Positions 9,999 through 22,700 of a DNA stretch of 64,000 nucleotides are shown here, in pieces. A program made the translations under genes and the position numbers. The notes under the pieces are model-generated. The model saw nothing but the letters and a program-made list of their open reading frames with translations, searched no databases and was not told where the DNA came from. The first letter of the stretch is position 1; each line of letters opens with the position of its first letter. The DNA comes from Octopus sinensis (taxonomy: Eukaryota), in contig NC_042998.1 of NCBI RefSeq assembly GCF_006345805.1, forward strand, positions 171,802,001-171,866,000, given 5' to 3'.

Positions 9999-10414
9999 GG
10001 ATCTTTTCGATTTGAACGGCAGTTTTTTCTAGCGGTGTCATATGAAATTGTCACCCATAATTATGACCCTAGAATCGATCTATTTTATTTCAATCTCTTT
10101 TAGGGTTAGTTAGGGTTAAGGGAAGTGTATCTTTTTTTCTTCACAAATGTAAATAAACCCAATCTGTTTCTTAAACGAGGGGCATATTCATACGGCACAG
10201 AATGCTTTTTAACTCAATAGACGTCACTGATTGGTTGAAATTGCAGAAATTGAAGAAAAAAACAACAACAAATATCTTACAAACTATAGAATTTTCTCAA
10301 TAAAGGCAAGAGAAAAAGATGTTTTATAAACACATTCTACCAGTATAAGAAGTTTAAAATTTTTTAATTACCTAGAAATTATTTTAAAAATTGCCGTTCA
10401 AACCGAAAAGATCC
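9999..10414. mobile_element. MITE (416 bp) with 28-bp TIRs and 8-bp TSD
   Basis: TIRs GGATCTTTTCGATTTGAACGGCAGTTTT / AAAATTGCCGTTCAAACCGAAAAGATCC (26/28); TSD CGAAATAA at 9991-9998 and 10415-10422. Confidence 0.92.
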
Positions 10415-10909
10415 CGAAATAAATTTATGGCATAATTACAAAGAAATTCAATTCACTGGTATATTAGATTCAAACAGATGAGAGCCGGTGGAAATGGCAT
10501 GATAATCAGATTCGATTCAGCAGACTAGTATCTAATAAATTCTATGACCAAATATTGCACCAAATCACTTCCCAACTATCGACGTCACCAAGAACCGATC
10601 ATAATCTAGCAAAAGCATTGACCCACACTATATAACTAAGCAGATCTACCAAGCAACAGCGAGTACTGATGACAGACTTGCAGTTAACAATATAATGTTT
10701 ACATTATCCATTATCATCATTACAAATTGCTGGCGGGAGTACTGTTGTATTTCGAGCAACGTATCTTTATTTTATTTTATTGCTTATTGATCGTATAACA
10801 CGTGTATTTGACTAACACCCACCCACCAACATAAAGACATACATATCTGACACACTACCTTAAAAACTACCTCAAATGAATAGATGGAAATTGATATGTA
10901 TATTGTGAT

Positions 10910-11125
10910 TAAGGTGGCGGGCAGGCAGAATCGTTACCACGCAGGGCAAAATGCTGAGCGGCATTTCGTCCGTCACTACGTTCTGAGTTAAAATTCCACT
11001 GAGGTCGACTTTACCTTTCATTCTTTCGGGGTCGATAAAATAAGTATCAGTTGAACACTGGGGTCGATGTAATCGACTTATCCCCTCCCCTAGGATTGTT
11101 GAACTTGTGCGAAAATTTGAAATCA
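10910..11125 (+). mobile_element. SINE family A monomer (tail B)
   Basis: SINE consensus match; 16-bp TSD ATATGTATATTGTGAT at 10894-10909 and 11126-11141. Confidence 0.9.
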
Positions 11126-11289
11126 ATATGTATATTGTGATACTGGTCTTTCTTGCCTGTGGACCATAGATTTCAAGAAAGAATTATTAGCTTCTACTTA
11201 GCTTCTACAAGATTTACAGAGTCAGGAAAACCTTCACACAGTAGTGTTATACTAACAAACGACTATAAAAATTTCCTGATATATTCTTT

Positions 11290-11620
11290 TCGCAGAAAGG
11301 AAAATGAAGTTCCTATGATGTGCAACAAGTTGAAAGTAATTGAATATGCTAATCAAAACAGAAACTGTGCAACCAAACGGGAGTTTGGCGTTACTGAAAA
11401 TATGGAGAGAAATTAGGGATCAAAGAAAGACAAGCTGAGAAATGTCATCAAACTCTGAAAAAAACAAAAGACAAAAAAAAAAAAACTGAGAACTGTAATG
11501 ACTCCATGGAACGAAATAGATGTGGAGCTGAAGGGAAGGATTTTTATAATTTTTTTTCTTCCAAATATAAACTCACTTTGATCACCATGAGATGACATAA
11601 AGTTCCAACTGAATTACTTC
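11290..11620 (+). mobile_element. pogo-like transposase N-terminal relic
   Basis: KLKVIEYANQNRNCATKREFGVTE resembles the N-terminal HTH of pogo-type transposases; degenerate downstream. Confidence 0.5.
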
Positions 11621-11716
11621 GATAGCGAGTAATTTTCAACAGCATATCAATTACAGTTCGGAAAGGGGTAACAATTAATGTAAGAACCATGCAATAATTT
11701 TGAACACGTTATGTGT

Positions 11717-13215
11717 TCAGTTGTGGAAGGGTTGATATATGAATCTCAGTATGTGGCCAAGGTGGTTTTCTGGGTGAGGCTGGTGGTGTGATGTCCTGAG
11801 TGAGTGGATTGTAATTAGTTCTGTTGGAAAAAAAAAAAAGAGTACGATTTTTGTGTCTCGTGTGTAAATTGTGCGTGTATGGAGTTTTGCTTCGAGTAAG
11901 ATGAATGTTGTGGATGCTGGTTTTTGCATGTTTGAAGTATTTGTATGAGGTAGGGTGCTTTTCGTTTTCCTTTTCCTACTAACCATAGTACAATCTTCGT
12001 TACTCACCTCATTTGAGGTTGATGGTAAATATTTTGGTGTCCCTTTCTGGGTACTTTTTTTTCCAAAGGCTCCCCTAATGTGGTCTTCTTGTTTTTCTTT
12101 TGTGGAGTTAGACTGAGAGGTCAGTGTGCTCTCTTCATACTGTTTGTCTGTCTATGATGTGTGGGATTCCTTTTCCTCCTTCTGGCTGTGCTTATTGTTT
12201 GTAACTTCAGGTTGCAGGTCCAGGGGTACGTTGCTTTAATGTGTCCCTTTAGATCGCACCTGAAGCACCTTTGTCTTCTTCCCTGAACCATTATCTTTAA
12301 TTTAGTGTCGCATGGTAATACAACAAATTCTGGCATTTCTTCCAGATCGTTAGTAGTGGCCTGAATTATTAGGCTTAAATTTTTACCGCACCAGTTCTGT
12401 TTACCATTTTCGGAAGCTTAGAGGATGGTTACATCCTCCTTTATATTAAATACGGCTGGTATCAGCCACTCCGTCTTAATTTCTAATGGAATTTCTTCGA
12501 TGGAGGTTTTAGCCGTTCTTTTCCCGAGATAAGACGGCAGCAGCATTAGCTCTGCCAACTTTAAGGTTATTACTGATTGGTCTTTCACTTCCTTCACTGA
12601 GGCGATTCGTATCTCTATCGTGCCAAACCTCTTCCCTTTGTTGATGTACTCAATTCTATTCCATATTAGTTTTAGGCATTCTTCAATGGCATTCCTGGAT
12701 GCCATCTCTATCCTCTTCGTTTTCATAGACAGTGTCCTATAAACGATGGTTTTCTTTTCTTTTTTTTTGTCTTCCATCACTTCTCCAAGTGGAGTCAGTT
12801 TCATATTTAATCCCTCTGTCTGTAGAATTGAATCAAACTTCCTGACTATGTCTGAGCTGATGTTGTGCGTCTCGTCAAAGGCTTCAGCTGTGTTACTGGT
12901 TGTCTCCCTGTCTTCTTTTATGCTTTCTGGTACGTTGACACTCTGTACCTCAGCTTCATCCTCACTATAGGATCTACACAATTCGTCCAACTCTTAAGGA
13001 GTCGGACATATATAAGGGAAGTCTGTCACTTCCATATTGTATAAAACAAAACTTTTCACACAAAACTGCTCGTCCTTGAACGGAGGAAACAAACCTGCCA
13101 AAGCAGGCAATGTGTCATAAAACGACACAAAAACAGCGAATCACCAAAGGTAATCCCAAAAGGGAAAACCTACACCAGTAAAACAACAGTAAAACAAATA
13201 AACAAGTACTTAACA
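11717..13215 (-). mobile_element. ORF1-only (gag-like) Tx1-related element E3, 3'-truncated
   Basis: ORF 12990-12418 has KGKRFGTIEI, LLPSYLGKR, TEWLIPAV; ORF 12336-12121 has knuckle CFRCDLKGHIKATY; a low-complexity linker follows. Homologous to E1. Boundaries approximate. Confidence 0.75.
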
Positions 13216-13930
13216 GCAATCATAATTGATAGATTAAATAAGGAGGATTTTTATAATTTCATTCCAATGGCTACAGTGCATGCAACTGATCGTTACAGTA
13301 CTGGGACCCAACGAATCAATCAAATACCGAATGTCCATTTGATTACAAAATTTTATGAACCGGCATAATTCGTATCGCAGACAATCTAACTCACATAGCA
13401 CAAACACTCTTAATTAATGAGAAGAATAATAATTTCAGATTGCATTAGAGAACACTTTCTACGTGCAAAACAAATTTTACTTTTTTTTTAATTGAGGTCA
13501 TACAATATTTTGACTTTTTTTTTACCTACTCATGCTCTCTGAATTTCAAATCCTGTCTTAAAAGGAGTGAAAGCAGAATGTCACAAATTAAATGTATAGA
13601 ATAGAGGGCTTGAATTATTAGCTATTACCCTAATTAACGGAAATATATTGTTAGCTCTGGCTGATATTTCTTCTATAAAATTTGTATCTTATCCACTGTT
13701 AGTTCACATAGTTGTCTACTACACATCCACGACGTAAGATCATGTGATTGAAATGCATTTGTTGATGATTTGGGGAAGATAATTCATGAAACTAGCAATA
13801 GGTATCTGGACCACAAACATACTTTGATAAATTTACTTTTGTATAGAATCTATCAGGTTCACAATAATAAATGCTAAATACAACTTAGCATAGTTGTATT
13901 TACTATGTTGTATAGTTGTATTTACTTAGC

Positions 13931-14434
13931 AAATTTTCTGCCAGGTGGGTTTTAGGGCCTTTTCTTTCTGGTTCGTTGTCATCGTTACAATTTTCCTTGT
14001 CTTGAGGAGGAGTGACCTTCACGTCCTGCCCCCACCCTACGTAGCATATTCTTGTATTTTCCAAATTCCTCCATGTTCATCTTTATTTCTTTGTGGCTTT
14101 TGGCCAGGGTCGCAAAATTAACTTTTCTTCTTTTCTGTCCGCCACAGAAATTGCTCTCAGCAATTCCTCCTCGGACGTTGTGAATTCCGAAGAAATCAAA
14201 TTGTCATATTCCATTTTTCACGACTGTGCTTCCTCCTTCAAACAAGAGGGAGAGCGTCAGCAGAACTGTCGTAAGGTAGCAAAGCAAGTGCCTTAAGACA
14301 CACAACAGTTAATAACAATAGAAAAAAAAGCAGAATCGGCAAGTTAACTAACAGTTATAACAATTTTAAGATTAACTTGGAACATTATGACGAGAAACAG
14401 TCACACATTTCTGATTGATTTCATCACCGTAATT
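13931..14434 (-). repeat. 504-bp direct duplicate of 16141-16645 (5' part of element E2)
   Basis: Near-identical, with only a handful of differences by eye; offset ~2210 bp. Confidence 0.95.
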
Positions 14435-14897
14435 TCATCACTTTATAAATAAAAGGATGCTTTCCATAAGGTCAGTAATTTTTGGGTGGGTGGGGTGGGG
14501 GGAAAGAGTTGAATGATGCAATATCACAGTTGAAAGTGCTAAACCATTACAAAATTCTATGTTAAGCCCAATCTACTTTATAAAGCAGAAACCACAAACA
14601 GGTGTAGAAGAGAGGCAGTAGTTCCCCCTTGGCGCAGGTATAAAGGGGTGTAAAAATCCCTTTATTCATTCATAGTTGTTAGTCTACTCAGCTGCAAATA
14701 TTGGCTGAAGCCTCCAGTTTGTGGATAAACTACTCAAACACCCACAAATCTCGGAAGTCCCGAAAAAGGTCATGGCTGTTGCTCTTTGATTAAGTCAGAG
14801 AATGATGTTAGATGTGTTATATGCCTATATTTACTTTATTTTACTGGAATGAATGAAACGTTTATGACAGTTTTATAGAAATGAAAACTGATTTTTA

Positions 14898-16645
14898 TTT
14901 CTATTTCTTTATTGCCCACAAAGGACCAAATACAGAGGGGACAGGACAAGGACAAGCAAAAACACAAAGGTGGGAATAAAAAAAAAACCAATGAAAAAAA
15001 GATGAATTAAGCAAGGAAAAATGAAATGAAACCATTCGACTCCACACCCGAGCGCCTTCATTTATACTTGTTAAAACGATAAATTACATATTTTAAAAAA
15101 CTTTTAACACCTATTCAGCGCATAAAATGTCTGTTAAAATCTCAAAGAAGTTCGTGGAAACTTACTGTTATTGGTATTCCCCTGGTGTCAATTTTCTTTT
15201 CCCAGTAAAAAACATTGTTCCCGTATTCTTTTAGTCTTGATGTGTTTTTATGGTCCGCTATTACACAATCAAAGTGCAGGGGCACCTTCCTACATTCTAT
15301 AGTGCTTACCTTTATTAGCTCGTCCCAACTGTTTACTTCCTTACATAGCTTAACATGTGACGCATCGTGAAGCACAATACTTTTTCCACGGGGTAAGGAT
15401 TGGGAAGTTTGGGGCTCTTGTGTGTCTGTGTCTAGTTTATCAGTGTCAGGAGGGGAAGGGTGAGGGTTGGTGTTTTCAGGGGAAGGGTGGGGCAGAGTAG
15501 GTCTAGGTGGGAGTCGGGTGGGTGTGGGATGGGGGTCATCCTTAACAGATTGTGCTTTTTTTCTCTTTCCTGCTGTTTCCCATCCGTTTTTGGTTTTTTC
15601 TTTGTTTTCACCTTCTTACTCGGTGCTGAGTTCTCTCCCACTGGTTTTCTCCGGCGGTGGAGGTGTAATTTCTTTTCCATTATCGGGTATCTTTGGTGTC
15701 TTTACGGGCGGTGGAGGACATTCCGCTCTAATGGGGAATTTTTGGCTACATTTGTAACAGTGAAGGATCCTGCCCTCCACTCTAACCCTGAGTATTACTT
15801 CATCGACCGTTATGGTTTCTATCATATTTTCTAGGTCCTGCGGGGTAACCTGGATAACCATATCCAGGCTCTGCCCATGCCAATTTTTGTCCTCTGTACT
15901 GGTGGCTTGGAGGACCACTATCTTCTCGAGGCCTAGTAGTAGTGCAGCTACCAGCCAGGCCACATCTTCTTCCGGAGGAATGTCTTCTACCCTTACTCTA
16001 TAAGCACGTCTTCCAAGGTAGATGGGCAGAAGTATCACCTCATCTGTCTTCAAGGGAGTTGGCGAGTGCTGCCTGGCAGTAGCCTCATCTCGAAACTGCA
16101 CCTCCACTGTCTCAAATTTCCTTCCTCTGGCAAGGTAAAAAATTTTTCTGCCAGGTGGGTTTTAGGGCCTTTTCTTTCTGGTTCGTTGTCATCGTTTCAA
16201 TTTTCCTTGTCTTGAGGAGGAGTGACCTTCACATCCTGCCCCCACCCTACGTAGCATATTCTTGTATTTTCCAAATTCCTCCATGTTCATCTTTATTTCT
16301 TTGTGGCTTTTGGCCAGGGTCGCAAAATTAACTTTTTCTTCTTTCCTGTCCGCCACAGAAATTGCTCTCAGCAATTCCTCCTCGGACGTTGTGAATTCCG
16401 AAGAAATCAAATTGTCATATTCCATTTTTCACGACTGTTCTTCCTCCTTCAAACAAGAGGGAGAGCGTCAGCAGAACTGTCGTAAGGTAGCAAAGCAAGT
16501 GCCTTAAGACACACAACAGTTAATAACAATAGAAAAAAAAGCAGAATCGGCAAGTTAACTAACAGTTATAACAATTTTAAGATTAACTTGGAACATTATG
16601 ACGAGAAACAGTCACACATTTCTGATTGATTTCATCACCGTAATT
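14898..16645 (-). mobile_element. ORF1-only (gag-like) Tx1-related element E2
   Basis: ATG at 16425; RGRKFETVEVQF, LLPIYLGRR, AWLVAALL; knuckle CYKCSQKFPIRAEC; Pro/Lys-rich linker; C-terminal ORF 15375-15142; 3' end TGTCCCCTCTGTATTTGGTCCTTTGTGGGCAATAAAGAAATAG. No RT. Confidence 0.78.
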
Positions 16646-18899
16646 GAGATATGGATTGCTGCCTATCTTCCTCTATAATCTACGATCGATTTCTAGATAG
16701 CTATCATTCTCTCTCTGTCGTACAGGGTGGTCACAGAGGGAAGCAATATTCCAACTGTGATATAAGAATAAGGAATGCTAGATTTATTCTATAAGCAAAG
16801 CGGAAACCAACATTCGTAACTAATATGATAAATAGCTGAATAAGTATTTGAGTATAACTGACTGTAATTCAATAGTATGTCACCGGGAATGGCAGAAAGA
16901 TGGAGAGAAGAGTGATTGTTGTGGGCCAAAGACTCTGTAATTCATTAGCTTTTTTTTCTCCCGTACTTAGGAAGGGAATAATACAATAAGATACTGGATG
17001 AATTGCGACATCGAGAAAAGAGATGAAGAATGTTCATTACTCTAACACAGAGGGAATTTTGTGTGAACCTAGTCTCGAAATCAATACTTTATCTAACAAA
17101 AAGTTCTGTATTTTAATATCTATTGTTACCATTTGCTAATATTCTTAACTCAGACGAATTTCTATAAGATGTATAATTCAGAAAATTTAATTTACGGCTA
17201 GTCTGCTAGTTCACGGCGATTATCATCCGAGAAATGTTTCTATTATGAATGAAAGTAATGTAGACGCCTTTCATCTCTTGTATTATCTTCAATGGTGGCT
17301 GCTTTTCTTTGTATGTCCATTCATAGTATTTTCTATCCAACCAACCCTTATTTTTGCGTGTGGGTATCTAGAGGAAACAGATTTTAAACATAAATGATAC
17401 GGCTTTAGCAACAACATGGCTTACATTCATTAAAAAGAAAAAGTAAACACAAGAGAGAAAGCTGAATACGCGTTAAATGAATATTAGTCTTCTACTAGCA
17501 TCATTACAAAGGGATCATTAGAAAAGGAAAGTGTGTTGTCTGTCTTTCAGATTGGTTACTAGACGACATACGCGTGGTAGGGCAAGATAAGATCATAGAG
17601 GGGGATCATATTTTTTTATAATTGTTTTAATATACATATTATCCAATACATTATAGATATAAATCCTAGGGGGATGCACACTTTTCAAGGGTGGCTAAGC
17701 CACCCCTGGCCCCCTCCTTGACTACAGCTATGCTTACTTATAATTTTCTGATAGCCATGGTGAAATCATATCATTTTCCGCTTTGAAGTCAGACATTTTG
17801 CCAAAAGTTATTAAGGAGAAACACAGAGTAAATATATAACTTTTCTAGGCTTTACGTTTTCTTTAGCTAGGCCGGATGTAGTCACCAACAGCCTTTTGAA
17901 TGGTACTACACTTTCAGTTAAACTATCAATCAAAAGTTAATAGAGAAAACAGTATTAAAACCCCTCTTTAAAATCTATTCGCTTAACTTTCCTTAGAAAT
18001 TTGACTTGTATCGTTTATCTCGATGCAACTGCCGGAATTCGGATTTGCGAGACGTTTTAAAAACGTCACTCATTTCGGAGAATTTGCACAGATTTAGGAA
18101 CTTTTAAGTCGGTGTAATTTTAGTAAAATAGAAGAATGAAGTTCTTTCAACAAAGTCTAGCGGATTCTTTGGTATGACGACTGTTCAACTAGAAATTTAC
18201 TATTAAAAAGAAAAAAAAAAAAACCCGAACAATAAAAACTGTAACTGCGTCGTAAGTGGTACAAAGAAAATCTAACTCGTCAGGCTGTACTAGATTTATT
18301 GAATTCATTTTTGCTGGTGTTGGCAACAACTAATTTCCTCGAATTTTTTTAAAGATTTAAGTGAATTGACTAAAACGGCTAAGTGTACAGGTAAAACGTA
18401 GTCTGAGACTGAAGCACACCTGAAACCCACTAATTTCAGTAACATTACTAAATACTATTGGTGTGATTAGTTTATATTCTGTCACAACACATCAAAAACC
18501 ATTTGGTTTGAATTCGTGGTACGAAACTTTGATTTTTATGGTTTAGCCAATGGAGGGAGAGAGGCTCTTAGATCTTTTTCATTTATTTTTTCTTTGCAAT
18601 GTTGCTGATAATGGAGAAGGAACAGCGAATCATGGATTGTTGCTGTAATATTCACACAAAAGACCTTAACCAAATTGATGCTACAGAATAGTCCCAATTG
18701 CTTAGTAGTGATGGTGAGAATCGAACGACTTGTTAAGTCTACCACCCGAGAACAGATACAGGATGTTTGGGCTAAATCGGACATATTGCATAAAAGGAAA
18801 AGAAAACAATAGCTCATCCAAAAATAAAAGTGTTTTATAATTAAAAAAATACCAACTAGTTTATGGCTGGGAGATAACAGTTTACTCAAAGTAGCCGCT

Positions 18900-20930
18900 C
18901 TCAGCTTCCACTAGGCCTCAAATTTGACATATCGAAACTTAACAACCCAGAAACCAGCCCCCTTTATGCATCTTCCACTCTCAAACGCTTTCAATCCATT
19001 CCATCTGACAACCAGGATATGGGTAAGGAATGGAGCACACTTCGAAAAACCATCACTGCAGTGGCTGAAAACACTCTTGGGTACAGGAAAAGGAGACAAC
19101 AGGACTGGTTTGATGACAATGATCACGAAATCAGCCAGCTGATCGATGCAAAACGGCAAGCCCGCCTCCCATGAGCAAGATCCAAGATCGCGGCAAAAGA
19201 AGGTGAGATATCAAGACCTCAAAAGACAATGCCAAACAAAATTGAGAGAGATGCAGAACAACTGGTGGCAACAAAAAGTCGTCGAACTACAAGGATATGC
19301 TGACGCCCGCGACCTCAGACGTTTCTATGCAGGAATTTTTTGGGCCCATGAGATCATGAACAGAATCTCTTCAATCAGTAGACTCCAACAACATACTGAC
19401 TGACCCACGAGATATCCTTCAGTGCTGAAGGGAGCACTTCTCGAGTCTTCTGAACCAAGACTCCAACGCTGCGGAAGACTCCTTGAAGAACATAGCCATG
19501 CATCCAACTCAACACTGGATGAACACACCACCATCCTACGAAGAGTACCAGATTGCCCTCAACCGCATGAAGCAGTGGAAATTCCCTGGCCCAAACAACA
19601 TTCCAGTGGAGTACTACTAAACACCAGTCTGTTCATTGATTCTCCCAATGTGGAAGAACCGCCATGTTTCCAAAGACCTCAAGGATGCTGTTATCATTAC
19701 CATCTTCAAAAAAAGGAGATAGAAAGACCTGTGGTAACTATCGGGGCATCTCACTGCTCTCCACCACAGGGAAAATCTTTGCAAGGCTCCTTCTGGATCG
19801 TCTCCAAGTCATCGTGGAGGAAGTCCTACCCAAATCACAATGTCGATTTCGACCATTAGAGGGACAACTGACATGATCTTTTGTGCTCGAAAAATACAAG
19901 AAATGAGAACAACAAAAGCCTCTCCATTTTGTTTTCTACGTCCTCGAAAAGACCCTTGATACCGTCCCAAGGCCTTCAATGTGGAAGGTCCTCCGACGCT
20001 TCGGCTGTCCCGATCAGTTCGTTTCCCTAGTACAGGGATTACATAACGGTATGACTGGAACCAGCTTCCATCAAAACCAACTGTCTGAAGACTTCCCCAT
20101 CACTGGAGGATTAAAACAAGGATGCGTTTTGGCTCCGACATTCTTCTCCCTGTACCTTGCAGCAACATTTCATGAATTGCCTTCGGACAATCCAGGAGTC
20201 AACATTTGGTACCGATGTGACGGATGATGTTTCAACTTTGCCAGATTAAAGTCACGAAGACTGACCAGGAAGCAAAAGATCACTGAACTTCAGTATGCTA
20301 ATAACAACGCAGCAGTCTGCCACTCCAGTGAATAGCTTCAACAATCGGTGAATAACTTCACCAATGCTCCCACTCGGCTTGGCCTAAAAGTCAACATCAA
20401 AAAGACAAAAATCCTGGCACAACCTGTTTTAAGTCAGGAAACTCCAGACTTCAACATTCTTTTCTGCTTTAGACACGAGGCCCGAAAATTTTGGGGGAGG
20501 TGGCCAGTCGATTAGATCGATCCAAGTACGCAACGGGTACTTAATTTATCGACCCCGAAAGGATGAAAGGCAACGTCGACCTCGGCGGAATTTGAACTCA
20601 GAACGTACAGACAAGCGAAATATCTATTTCTTTACTGCCCACCAGGGGCTAAACACAGTGAGGACAAACAAGGACAGAAAAATGGATTAAGTCGATTACA
20701 TCGACCCCAGTGCGTAACTGGTACTTATTTAATCGACCCCGAAAGGATTGAAGGCAAAGTTAACCTCGGCGGAATTTGAACTCACAACGTAACGACAGAC
20801 GAAATACGGCTACGCATTTCGCCCGACGTGCTAACGTTTCTGCCAGCTCGCCACCTTCTCCAGATCTCAACATTACCATCTCGGAGACGCCCCTGGAGAA
20901 ATTCGACCACTTTTCCTTCTTTCTATACAT
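18900..20930 (+). mobile_element. RTE-clade (BovB-like) LINE ORF relic, interrupted by a SINE
   Basis: GYRKRRQQDWFDDND, KGDRKTCGNYRGISLLS, MWKVLRRFGCP, GGLKQGCVLAPTFF, ELQYA, GLKVNIKKTK; multiple frameshifts; resumes after 20857. Confidence 0.92.
20459..20857 (-). mobile_element. SINE family A dimer inserted in the RTE
   Basis: Full monomer (tail A) plus head-less unit (tail B); 17-bp near-perfect TSD CTCCAGACTTCAACATT / CTCCAGATCTCAACATT at 20442-20458 and 20858-20874. Confidence 0.92.
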
Positions 20931-21746
20931 AAACAGTAAAAGGATGTGAGAAGTTCGATCATATCGACTTTCACAAGTCCGAGCTGGAAGAGTCAGTTCG
21001 CCTAGTAGTTGGGTGTTAGGCTCACGATTGTAGGCAAGTGTTGTGTAGTTAAGTGTCAGATGATAGAAAGAAAATCAGTTTCAGATCTAATCCTGTATCT
21101 AAATTCAAGATACACTAAATGGTTGGAACAAATTACCATCCCATCGAAACTTTTTTTAAGATATAACGCTTTTGTTCCACGTCCAAAATAAAAAATAAAA
21201 ATAACCAATATATATATATATATATGCTACATGCAGGTGGTCTTGTCAGCAGGGCTTTATATGGTGTTTGGGGTGGGAATAGGAGTCGAGTTCTGCCAAT
21301 ATATCAATTCGGGGCCCGGAGAGCCAGGGGAGGGCTGGTGAATATCTGATGAGCTTCTAAAACGAATAAGAAAAAAAGGAACTCTTGAACATGAAGAGAA
21401 CACCTCCCCTCCCTGGGTGGTCGGGAAGCTATTGTCTTGTTCCGCCTTGCAAAATTTCTCTCGGAAGTCTTGCTTATCAGTAGAACACCAGACAGAAAAT
21501 TATATAACAATATCTAGTTCACCAATAAGTGTTCTAAAATTCTACACCCCACGCCTCACTCCATTAATGGCTATGATTTATATAATTCAGAAAGATTTTC
21601 CACATGAAAAAGATTTAGTCTGTCGGTGTAAAGATATTTAATGTAAGGAGCAATAAAAAATTTAAATAGATATGTGATGAGAAAAAAGTACAAAATTGGT
21701 CAATGACTTATATTGTTGTCATTTACCAGTAAATATGGGAGGTTAA

Positions 21747-21789
21747 CTCTGAACATAGTTTCGAAAAGGTTCTGACCTCATCAGCGGAG
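21747..21789 (-). ncRNA. Degenerate minimal type I hammerhead-ribozyme-like motif
   Basis: CTCCG-CTGATGA-GGTCAGAACCTTTTC-GAAAC-TAT-GTT-CAGAG: intact CUGAUGA and GAAA cores, stem I 4/5 paired, weak stem II. Confidence 0.35.
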
Positions 21790-22129
21790 CATAACCTTCA
21801 CTGTACTTACTGAAATAGAGATGAAATTATTTCTAAAAGAAAAAATTGTATATTTATTGCATATACCAGACCCTCGATGTCTTTCAAAATTGGTTCTACA
21901 GCCAATATCTTCGAACCAACGAAGATACTTCTTCCTAGTCTCTCGACCTACTAAAACTGGAGTCAAATATCCCTAAAGTCACATCTTTCTATTTAAAAAA
22001 GAAACGAAACATTGTCTTTGGTTTGTCACAGTATACAACACCACCTACACCACCCCACCCCAAATGACGGTTTGTGTATTAGGTTCTTTTTCTCATCTTA
22101 AAGTCCAACTTGGAAAAGTAGGTGAAGAG

Positions 22130-22409
22130 CAGTGGCGGACTGGTTTAAGAATATTGGTTGCCAGGAGACTAAGTGGGGCCCACCCGCAACTACCATGCTA
22201 TCATTTAATTTTTTTTAAAGTATTCTTTTCAACTATCTACAAACACAGCCAAGCTGAAATAATGCGTTCTTCCAGGAGTGAATAAAAAATTCTCAAACTT
22301 GAAGGGATGGGTCCCTTAGATACTCACATGGGCCCCCATATATGGATTCTAATGGCGCAGGGGCCTACTTGCCATCGGGCAAGCTGGCAACCTGGCCAGT
22401 CCGTTACTG
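22130..22409. mobile_element. hAT-type MITE (280 bp)
   Basis: TIRs CAGTGGCGGACTGG / CCAGTCCGTTACTG (12/14); 8-bp TSD GTGAAGAG at 22122-22129 and 22410-22417. Confidence 0.92.
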
Positions 22410-22700
22410 GTGAAGAGGGAGCTACTAACTCTAAAAGCTTTGCTGAAAGTTGGCTGAGGATGCCGAGAATGGCTCCTATTATAGTCTGTATGGTTTTCTT
22501 TATCATATCTATTACTCAACTGATTATTACTTTCACTTTCATGCCCTAGTTGCTGTTCTCTTCAGGATCTTTGTACTTGATCAGTTTCTCTGCCTCTTTC
22601 TGGATAATGTTTTTTGGTCAGAAGGGATCGAGTTGGATATCACAGTAGAGACATCTTCGATCAGTCTGGATGGTTTTCCTCGATCTTCATGTTAGTCAAG
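22410..22700 (-). mobile_element. Relic C-terminus of a restriction-like-endonuclease (RLE) LINE
   Basis: Frameshifted IPSD..NIIQKEAEKLIKYKD..MKVKVII..MIKK, typical of the PD-(D/E)XK region of R4/NeSL-type elements. Confidence 0.6.

Noticed and set aside
10100-10123. Interstitial telomere
   Set aside because: Only two exact TTAGGG words, and they lie inside a MITE.
15432-15834. Overlapping Gly- or Pro-rich ORFs on both strands
   Set aside because: Frameshifted low-complexity linker of element E2 and its antisense.
17593-17735. GC-rich hairpin GGGGTGGC-TAA-GCCACCCC and a possible MITE
   Set aside because: Only 5 bp of terminal match (CATAG) and no TSD; cannot be delimited.
18536-18889. 117-aa minus-strand ORF
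   Set aside because: No recognisable motif or convincing splice context; a length reachable by chance.
21346-21375. CTGATGAG..CGAAT on the + strand as a hammerhead
   Set aside because: No stem II pairing, GAAT instead of GAAA, and no stem I or III.
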